Source: Piromyces finnis finn (taxonomy: Eukaryota > Fungi > Neocallimastigomycota). Taken from it: a stretch of 39,903 nucleotides of DNA. The DNA is taken from assembly GCA_002104945.1 (NCBI GenBank), contig MCFH01000115.1:1-39903 (forward strand). Reading direction: 5' to 3'. How positions within the stretch are numbered: the stretch's first letter is position 1; every line of letters starts with the position of its first letter. A model generated the notes under the pieces. That model saw only the letters and a program-made list of their open reading frames with translations. It did no database searches and was not told the origin of the DNA. The position numbers were made by a program, and so were the translations under genes. This document shows positions 12,830 through 26,057 of the stretch, piece after piece.

Positions 12830-14580
12830 CGTATTTCAAAATTATAATATAGTTATTAAATTTTATTTTAAAAAAAAAAAAAAAAAAAAAAAAGAGAAAG
12901 AAAGAAAGAAAGAAATGAAGAACACTATTTTTCAATATATATATGTATATAACAATATATAATAAATATTAAAAATATATTTTCTGAAGATTTAGATGTA
13001 AATTCCAACTTTTTATAATACACTTAATTATTATTTAAAAAAATATATATATTACTAATAAAAAACTTTAATTATATTAAGTGTTTTTTTTTTTTTTTAA
13101 TTTTTAATTTATTAAAAATTTTTTTTCTTTTATATTAATAAAATAATTTTAAGGGTTAAAAGAAGTTGTTAATGGTTAGGATTAAAAAGAGTAAAACACT
13201 TCATTTGAAAAATTGTTACTATCCATATTAATAGGAAAATGATATTTTTAATAAATACAAATGATAAATTCATACTTAATATTTTATGTTTAAAATGTTT
13301 ATGTTTCTTACATTTATAATAAAAGAATTTTATAGTGCTTTTTATATTAATATTATTTTATTCTGAATTTTTGAATTATTGCTGAATACTATTTTTATTT
13401 AATTTTACAATTTAGCATTAATCTAAAAAGCATATAATAATTAGTTTTCATTTCTTTAAAATAAATTATTAATAATGAAGAATCATATTAGTATTCATTT
13501 ATTAAGGAAATAAATATAATATTATAATAAAATAAAAATGTCAATTAAAGACAGATAAATAGTATATTTTAATTTATATGTTATAAAAATATTATAATAT
13601 TTACTAAATAGCAATAAAGAATTTATGATACATTTATTTATTTTAATTTCAAAACGCAATATTTTGTAAGACTATATTAAATGTTTTTATTATAAAAGTT
13701 ATATAGTTTACAATTTCAATAAAATTAAATAAATATATAAATAATCTAGTAAATAAATAATTTAAATAATTAATATATTAATATATGAAAAAGTTAATAC
13801 TATTATAAAAAATAAATGAATGAAAAATAAATAAATAAATTAAATTTGTACTTTTATTACTTATTTATATAATTACTTTTATTTTAATATTTTAATAACA
13901 TTAAATATTTTATTTATTATTTCTATTGTTTATTATTAATTATTCCTAAAGCTGTTGTAAATTAGTAAATTAATATTTTATAACAATAACAAAATAAAGC
14001 ACAGCACAACAACAATAATAAATAAGGAAACAAAAATTTAAATATAAAGCAATAATTTATTTATTTATTTATTTATTAATTATTTTTAATATTGTCAATT
14101 AGTATATTTCTTTTTTCCTTTATATAACTTTTATAATTTATTTATTGTTGATTTTATATCCAATTTATTTTCTTTCTCTTTTTTTTCTTTTCTTCTTTTT
14201 ATCATTATCATTATTATTATAGTTTTTATTCTTTTTAATAAACGCAATCCTTTAATATAACGAAACAACATTTATATTTATAAAAAGCAATCCTAACAAA
14301 TAAATTTTTTAAAAAATATAATTATAAAAGGTATGTTTTTTAAGATGTTAAATTTATAAATATTATTTTTATTTTTTATTTTACTAAAAACTAGATAAGA
14401 ATAATGTAATAAAATTATAATTTTTAGAAACAATAAAGTGAAAGAAATATGGAAGTATAACAAGATTTAAATTTCAATGAAATCCAATAGTTTTAATAAT
14501 GTAATACACTTAAAAAATGTTAATTTTGAAATTAAATATGATAATAAAATAATAATATAATAATAATAAATATAATAATA

Positions 14581-14760
14581 ATAAACATTGTAACAACAAC
14601 AACAATAATAGTAAACATAATAAATATAATAATAATAATGAACATTGAAATAACAACAACAATAATAATAGTAAACATAATAAATATAATAATAATAATA
14701 AACATTGAAATAACAACAACAATAATAATAGTAAACATAATAAACATAAATATAATCATC
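14581..14760. repeat. 60-bp minisatellite, three copies
   Basis: Units starting at 14581, 14641 and 14701 share (A)AACATTG...TAACAACAAC...AATAATAGTAAACATAATAAA. It is followed by (CAT)n and (AAT)n runs. Confidence 0.9.
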
Positions 14761-15047
14761 ATCATCATCATCATCATAATAATAATAATAATAATAATGA
14801 GGAATATATATTTCTTTTTAACAGAATAACCATAATGAAGTAATAAAAATAAAAGACGATAAATTGTTATTAATTAATTTTATTTTTGCTAGAAAATATA
14901 TAAATTTATTTTCATTAACGATAGTAAAAATTATTATTAATATAGCAAAATTTAAAATATTGTTAATAAAAAAGTAGCATAATAATATTGTAAATATTAA
15001 CTATTTATTATACATATATAATATATAATATATATAATAATGTAAAG

Positions 15048-17460
<2,413 letters not shown>

Positions 17461-18387
17461 ATTATCTATAATAGTTATAAAAAATTTATGTTACTAAATC
17501 AATTAAATTTAATACAAATATTAACTTTTTTAAATATACATCTTATACAATAGATAGTAATTTAATAAGTAATTATTGATTTAAAAAAAATAGTTTATAT
17601 ATTTAAAATATTATAATAAAGACATCAAAGATAATTTTTAAATATATAATAGTATTATTTACAAAAATATATGAAATAATAATTCATCATTAGAAAACAA
17701 CAACAACAACAACAACATAAAAATATAAAAAAAAAATTAGAAATTTAGATAAAAATTATACATAATTATTGTAATAATAGTTATTATCACATGATAACTA
17801 CAAAAGTAATATTCAATATTTTAATTTTTTTTAATCATAATCATAATCATAGCAATAACAATACAAAAAACAATAAAAATAACAAAAATCATAATAATAT
17901 GGTTATTAATTTAAAGCTAACTGAATATATAAAATATATTAATATGAAGTATCTTTTATCTTACATATTAAATTTTATATAACAATATATATATATATAT
18001 ATATTCTATAGAGAGTTTCTTCTTTGTAGATATAGTATACATATACAATTATAATTAAATACTATTCATATTATTATAATTTACAATAAATCAATATATA
18101 TCCATAAAAGATAAAAACAATATATATAAATATTAAAAAATAAGAAAATGAAAATAAGAAATTGAAAAATGCAATAGATTTTTTTTTTAAATAATTTTAA
18201 AAATAATACGTATTATAGTAATTATGTAATCATATTTATCAATATATATATATATATATATATATAAAACGGAAAAAATATATGAATCAAAATTAAAAGA
18301 ATAACTAAAATAAACTAAAAAAATAAATAATAATAAATAAATTAATAAATTAATATAAATAATAAATATAATAAATATAATAAATAT

Positions 18388-18540
<153 letters not shown>

Positions 18541-18748
18541 AAATAATAATAATAAAAATAGTAATAATATTTTTATTTTTATTTATTTATTTATTTATTT
18601 TACTATTATTATCATTATTGTGTTATTTTTATTTCTATATATAAATATATATATATATATTTGTATTTTATTATTTTTATTTTTATTTTTTTGTTTGTTT
18701 GTTGAAGGAATTAATTTGTATAATTTATTTCTTATTTTTTATTATATT

Positions 18749-20594
18749 TTAAAGTTCATCTTTAATATTTTCATTGTCAAGTTGTGGTTCGAAATTATAA
18801 GAGAAGAATCTACCTCTACCCATTCTAACATCTTTTAAGAAACTACTAATAGATTCTTCATCAAAAGCGCCACGATCAACACGATAAACTTTCTTCTTAC
18901 CATTAACAATCATAAATACTGGAAGCATGTCTGGAACATCAAAATCTTTAATGAATTTTTTACCATGTTCAACACTATTAATCCAGAAATACTTAAATGG
19001 ACCACCAACTTTTCTATTTTTCTCTTTTAAATTCTTTAAAATTTCAATTTCGTTGTTATGTTGTTTAACACTTTCTTCAAAATCTGGTTCGTAGGATAAA
19101 ATGGAAATAGCACAAACTCCATAACCATTAATACAATTTAATAAATCTTTTTGACTCTTAATTTCTTCTGGCATTGGATCGACTAATAAAAATATATTTT
19201 TATGAGCAAAAAAAAAAAAAAAAAAAAAAAAAAGAAATAGAAATATTAGTTATTATAATTAAAAATATTATCATTAGTAGTAAAATATATATGTTTATTT
19301 ATTAATATTATTTATTAATATTTACATAATTTCTGTTTTTCTTTTTTTTCTTCTTCCTTTGCTTTTTCAACATTTTCCTTGGTAATTTTTTCTCTTTCAG
19401 CAATAAAGGCAGTAATACCATCATAATTACCCTTTCCTTTATTAAATTAAAAAATAAAAACAATATAAAACGAATCAAAATTAATTTAAAAATTTATAAA
19501 AACAATATATAATAATAACAACAATAAAATACTATTTATACAATTATAAAAATATTTTTTTTTTATTTATTATTTTTTTTTTTAATATCATTATAAAATT
19601 CTAATAAAGTAATATAATTATTTATAATTTTTATTTAGTATTACCTTCATATAAAATTGGAACACTGGAACCAGCTTCAAAGTAGAAAATAGCTGGGAAT
19701 TGACTAACATTTAATTTTTCAAGTAAGTCAGTTTCAGTGTGAACAATTTCACCTAAAAGTAATTTTCCAAAATATTCTAAACTAAGAGCTCTAAAAAGAA
19801 GTGGTGTGTCTGGTTTATCAGTACAAAGAACAAGTTTTGGATATGTTTTAACAGCTAAGAATGAATTGTAATTAATTTTGGAATTAGTAACAGTTTCTCC
19901 ACTAGTAATTGGGGCAACAAGAGAAATTACGTTGTTAACTGCATATTCAGCTATATATTTAGCTTTTTTAATTCCACCGTAAACTATATTGCATAGAATA
20001 ATTATTTAATTTTTAAAAAAATACATCAATTTAATAATATCAAAAAATATTATAACATTATGACTATTTGAGAAACTATGAAATTTATATTTAGATTGAA
20101 TTATTACCAACTCTGGCTTTTTTAATAACACCTTTACTTCTAGTTTCTGAAGGAGCTGGGTGATAGACGTTAATTTGTGGGTATTCATTTACTTCTTCCA
20201 TATCACATAAATTTTCATTCTCTTCATCATCACAGTCGACTTTACCAACGTTAACAAAACCTCTTAATTTTTCACTAACAGTAACGATTTCTTTTGATAA
20301 TTTTTCATTAGCACCTTCTTTATTATAAAATACAACAACATCGACTTTCTTTTTTTTTTTTTTTTTTTGATATTATATAATAATATATTACATTTATAAA
20401 TAAAGATTTTTTTTTTTTTTTTAATTTTATTTATTATAATCCTAATTAATTAAAATAAAAATATTTACTGCAGTGTCCATAACCTTTTGCTTAAAATTTC
20501 CACTGTCTAAAACAGTAATGTTTTCGCCTTCATATAAAGCATTAGCACTAAATACAAATAACACCAAACCAATAATAAAATTTAAAGATTTCAT
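18749..20594 (-). CDS. ER-resident multi-thioredoxin-fold protein, PDIA6/P5-Mpd1-like, lacking CXXC
   Basis: Five exons. Signal peptide MKSLNFIIGLVLFVFSANA, first Trx fold (...NVGKVDCDDEENENLC...YPQI), TPLLFRALSLEY segment, P5-like C-terminal domain (CAISIL...GAFDEESISSFLKDVRMGRG), and C-terminal KDEL. Confidence 0.8.
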
Positions 20595-21232
20595 TTTATT
20601 TTTTATTTTTTGTTTTAAAACATTTAATAATTCAGTCAATTATATATTTTAATTTATATAATTTTTTTTAGAAATTTTTATTTAAAAATTTAAAATAATA
20701 ATTATTAATATTTATAAAGCCACATACAAATAAAATTTAATTAATTAATTTATTTTTATTTCTAATACAAATTATTTTACAGCCCTAAATAAATTAAAAA
20801 GTATCTTTATAACCAAATTTTAATATTAATATGTCATTAAATGATTGGTAAAACTATCATTTAATGTATTATGAATAATCAAACTATAATACATAATACA
20901 AATAACATTAATACAGGTATAATTTCTTTAATAATATTAGGCAATATTTAACATAGTTTTTATTTTAACTATTAGATATAAAAATATATTTTCTCCAGCA
21001 ACATACAATAAAAACAACAAAAAATAATGTTAAACAATATTTCAAATTATATTAATATTTTAATTTTTTTATTGATTAATATTAATAGATTTAATACATA
21101 GTCTTATAATTTATATTTATACATTTATTATCAATTAATTATTTATAATTATATATAATATATATATATAAATACTTTTAATATTAAATATATATAAAAA
21201 ATAAAAATACTTTATATTTTCAAATAATTAAT

Positions 21233-22252
21233 CTATAATTGAACAGTTGGTTGAGCTTCCTTATCACTTAAGGATACTGTTAAAATATTACTAACAAGTT
21301 GTGCTTTTTGATTATCACTCATAGTGATACCATTACTTTCTACAGCAGTAACTGCACCAACAGCTAAACCAATAGTACCGTTCAAAATAATCTCTCTTGC
21401 ATCAACAATAGCTTTAGCTTGTTGTTTTTTAAGCATTGCAGCTGCAATTTCTACAGCATAACTTAATTCATTAAGCATAACTGATTTAACATAAATACCA
21501 GCTATAGCAACCTTTTCTTGAAGAACATTACGAAGTTCTTCTTGAATAACTTTATTTTCTTTTTTTAAGTTTGGTGTATCATCATCAGTTTCGTATGGAT
21601 ATTTACTGACTACTTGTCTAATGACAGTTTGAGATTGATCTTCAATAAAATCATCGTAATTTTCAACATTAAAGAATGCTTTTTTTGAATTTACAACCTT
21701 GTATACAACAATAGCAGAAACGTTAATTGGATTACCAACGGAATCAATAATCTTAACATTTTTAAGGTCAAGAGTATTCAATTTTGTTGAAATATGACTA
21801 GTTTGAAGCTGGTTTGGAAAACACCAATGAAGACCTGGCTCAGTGATTGTTTTTTTGTACTCACCAAAACGTTGAACAATTACTTCTTCTTTTTCATTAA
21901 CGCTGTTTATTATTATTATTTTTAATAAACATTATTAATTAATATTTATATAATTATGTTTTATGGATCTTATTTTAACTACTTACGTAACACAACCAGA
22001 ACAGAATGTTAATGGAAGGACTTTATTAAATAAAAAACAAAAACAATTATTACTATGTATTCATTATAATTTTTATATATTGCATATTTTCATTTAATAT
22101 TTACATATTGTTGCAACTGCATCAAGTAGAGTAGAAGCAAAATTTCCATTACTTGTATTTATTCTTCCTGGACCTTGACTGTCATCCTTTAATTGAGCAA
22201 TTAATTGTTCTTCTTCTTCTTCGTTGTTAAAATGTCTTTTTTCACTATTCAT
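21233..22252 (-). CDS. SPFH/band-7 (stomatin-prohibitin-flotillin-HflK/C) domain protein
   Basis: Three exons. Translation: ...FLPLTFCSGCVTVNEKEEVIVQRFGEYKKTITEPGLHW...DSVGNPINVSAIVVYKV...YDDFIEDQSQTVIRQVVSKYPY...LSYAVEIAAAMLKKQQAKAIVDARE. Confidence 0.9.
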
Positions 22253-22893
22253 TTTTTATTTTTTATTTTAAATGTTTATTATTTTTTTAAAATTTTTAAT
22301 TATTTTTAATTTTTTTTATATATATATTTATTTATTTATTTATTTTTATTTTTACTTTTTTTTTTTTCAATTTTCTTAAAAAAGAAAAAAATTATTCTTT
22401 ATATAGATTTCTTAAATTAATATAATATTAATTTATTGTTAATTATCATTATATTTTAATTCATTGTTTTAATTAGTAATTATTGTATTAATTTAATTGT
22501 ATTAAAACATTTATATATAATTTAAATTTAATTTATTTTAATCAACTTTAATTATAAAAGTAAATTAAATCATATTCTATAGAATGTTCTTTAATTTTTT
22601 AAATCATATGATAAGGGAACAATTTTCTTTAATAATGGTATAATATTAATTTATAAAATTTTAAATATTTAATTATACATTTAAATCACTTATAAAATTT
22701 TATACTCAACTGCCTTTTATTTTTATTATGAAATTCTGAAACTTTAAAAATTATTGAATAATACTTAACATCTACTTAATTTACCTTTTATTTTTATTGT
22801 GAAAGTTAAATTATTGTAAATTTATTTAAACTGCTTTTTATTTTCATTGTAAAATTTAAATGATTAGAAATTAATACTTATTACTTTTTTAAT

Positions 22894-23126
22894 ATTTTAA
22901 AAGCTTTTAGAAATAGATTGCAACACTAGTCTTTGCTTTTTTTTATTATATGAATTTAATTTTTTACAAAATATATTCTAGAAAGCTAAATTATTGGAAG
23001 TTTATTTAAAATTTTAAAAGCTTTTAGAAAGATTGCAACACTAGTTTTTGCTTTATTTTTATTATATGAATTTAATTTTTTACAAAAAATATTCTAGAAA
23101 GCTAAATTATTGGAAGTTTATTTAAA
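22894..23126. repeat. Tandem duplication of a unit of about 117 bp (22894-23010, 23011-23126)
   Basis: Both copies read ATTTTAAAAGCTTTTAGAAA..GATTGCAACACTAGT..TTTGC...TATTCTAGAAAGCTAAATTATTGGAAGTTTATTTAAA, with few differences. Confidence 0.93.
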
Positions 23127-23686
23127 TTAAGTTTTTTTTTTTACATAAATAATATTTAAAATATTTAAAATAAACCAGCATATAATTTATAAAGTAATTT
23201 TTGTATTAAATATGGTTTTATTTTTTATTTTTGTTAATTTTATTTTCAAAAAAAAAAAAAAAAAAAAACACATGAAATACTATTAATAAAATAAAAAAAT
23301 TACATAAATTTATATATCTATATAAAAATCTATATATACTATAGAAATATTTAATTATTTTATTAAATAATTATTTTTATTATAAATCAGTAATGATACT
23401 TAAATATAAAATTTAAAATATTATTGGCCAGAATTTAAATTTCATTGATATGATTGGTAAAATTAGTAAATATACTAGATTATATTGTAATATATTATTA
23501 AATAAATAGAAATATGACTATTGAATGAAAATTATAACAAAAATTTTGGAAAATTAATAGGGATTAAAATTTCTCTCTCTTAAATTTTGTTAAAAATTGC
23601 GGGTGTAATTGGATCCCATTTTTAAATTTATCTAAAGGGCTAAGAACAATTATTGTCTCTTTACATCGCAAAGGAATTAATCGAAA

Positions 23687-24177
23687 ATGTAAAATTTTAA
23701 TAAAAGATATAATATTCATTTTGATTGATGATGAATGTATGTATTGATATAAGTTTTTTTTATAATATAAAAAGGAAATATTTAGCTGCTTACCTTCTCG
23801 CTACTCTCGGTGGTGCTTCCCCATCTGCTGCTGACGTCAAGAAGATCATCAACACTATCGGTGCTGAAGTCGATGATGAAAAGGTTGACGCTGTTGTTGC
23901 CGCCCTTAACGGTAAGGACATTGATGAAGTTATTGCTGACGGTTTCAGTAAGTTATCTGCTGCTCCAGTTGCTTCCGGTTCTGCTGCCTCTGGTGCCGCT
24001 GCCTCTGGTGCCGGTGCTGCCGCTGAAGAAACCAAGGAAGAATCTGAAGAAGAAGAATCCGACAGTGATATGGGTTTCGGTAAGTTAATAATTAACAATT
24101 ATAAATCTTAACATTAAGATATAATATTAACATAATAAAATTTTATATTTATTTATTAAATAGGTCTTTTCGATTAG
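23687..24177 (+). CDS. RPP2: 60S acidic ribosomal protein P2
   Basis: AT(23687-23688)|G(23775) gives MKYLAAYLLATLGG...; Ala-rich hinge; acidic tail EESDSDMGFG|LFD* completed by a last exon at 24164-24177. Confidence 0.97.
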
Positions 24178-24305
24178 ATCAATTAAAAATATGTAGAAAT
24201 ATATTTCATATTAAAATAAAAAATATAATTAAAAAATATATAATGTGAATTTATTTTTATTTTTATTAGTTAATAAGAGTACAATATTATTAAATTATTA
24301 TTTTA

Positions 24306-26015
24306 TTATTCTGGATTATTTTTTGTATTTATTATATTTGGGATTCCATATAATCTAAATGCTGTTCTTTGAACTTGGCATTTTATGAATAAATTATAGA
24401 AAAATAAATCAATCGGATTTGATGTATCTAATGTAGATTAATTTAAAGTTAATAATGATAATTAAAATGAATATTTAAAATTTTCTTATTACCTAAGATA
24501 GATTTAATGATTAAGTCATTAATATACTGAGTATTACAATATGGTTGAAAGCAAATATTGTTTATACCTTGAAGTGAAAGAAAAAGCATAAATTCGTCTG
24601 TTTTATTGAGTAATTTAATATCTATGACTTTATGTTCATCAATAATATTTATATAGTCTATGAAAATAGCAGTTCGGGTATTATTGAGATTTAGATTTAA
24701 TTGTTCTTTATAAATTTTTAGTGATATTGGAATATAACTAATATATAAAAAGGAAGGGCTATTAAGATAAAATAAAATTTCAGATAAACTAAAAATATAT
24801 ATATATGATTAAGATCCGGTTTTCATATAAAATTTTGCATAAAATGATTTTATGTTATAAAAAGTACCTTGTCATATAAGATGCAATTCCATTCCATTTT
24901 GTAATTTTATATTTTTTAACGATATTTTTAAAATATGGTATATTTATAATTAATGACTCGGTTTTATTTGGAATTCCATTTAATACATCTTTTTTATAAG
25001 TAGAGTTAAGAAATGTTAGTAAATAATTAATGTACATAACAAATAATAATTAAATAGTTTATAACTTTACAATTAAAGTTATTAAGCTGACTAATACAAT
25101 TTTCGATTGGATTTATTTTTTTTTGTTTTTTGTTCTTTTCTTTCTTTCTATTATTATCATCCGTGTTAACTTCATTATTATTAGCTTCGCTTGATAAATT
25201 ATTTTGATATGATTGAGTTATTAATCTATGTAATAATAAGTTAGTACAAAAATCTCTATTTACAATATTGATATTCAACATATATTGAATATATGTTTCT
25301 ATTGGAATATTAAAAAAAGAGGTATCACAACATAATATTGTATGTAAATCAAAATTAATATCACTACTATTAGATTTATCTTTCTTTTTCTTTTTTTGTT
25401 CTAACCCTGTATTATTGTCTTTGCTATTCATTTGTTCTGTATTATTAAATTATAAAATTAATTAGTTCATAATAAATACTATTAAAATAAAAATTGTAAA
25501 TAATATTAATATTAAATATACTTCTTATTTCATATAAAGTTGGATATAAATGCTCAAAAATTTGATATAAAATATTATATAATTTGAAAAATTGCTCTTT
25601 ATCATTATTACATGCTTTTTTGATATTATCATCCATATTTGTATATATGCAATCTATATTTTCTTTAATTTTATTTACTTTGCTCATGCTGGAATATTTT
25701 ATATTATGAACAGTAAGATCAGGATTATATATTGGCCCAGTTTGTGATATATCAATATTTGTCATCAATCTTGGGAATGAAAGTATTATTTTTGGTTCTT
25801 TTTGATAATTACTTTCATCCGTATGATTTCTAGCTGAAATAGAATTATTAGTTTTATTCGTACTAATCATAAGAGAAGGTAATGATGTTTTTTCAGTTAT
25901 TTTAGGAGTTATAATTTGTGTTAGATTTTCATCTAAATTTGATAGATGTAAAGGTATTGGCTTTTTCTCTTCATTAAATATTGATGAAAACCTTGTACTT
26001 TCTATTTGTGTGTGT

Positions 26016-26057
<42 letters not shown>

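Noticed and set aside
12830-13400. RFX X-box upstream of DNAAF5 (and of the CFAP46-like gene)
   Set aside because: Only partial half-sites such as GTTACT; no complete GTTRCY..RGYAAC found by eye.
14581-14760. CRISPR-like or TAL-like reading of the periodic repeats (also 22894-23126)
   Set aside because: Contiguous tandem units without unique spacers, in a eukaryotic context with no cas genes.
14510-14829. Hydrophobic repeat ORFs 14510-14722, 14532-14777 and 14638-14829
   Set aside because: Products of the 60-bp minisatellite and (CAT)n/(AAT)n runs.
23790-24098. GC-rich island with overlapping antisense and alternative-frame ORFs, as possible foreign DNA
   Set aside because: It is the Ala-rich, codon-biased RPP2 exon; the shadow ORFs follow from its codon usage.
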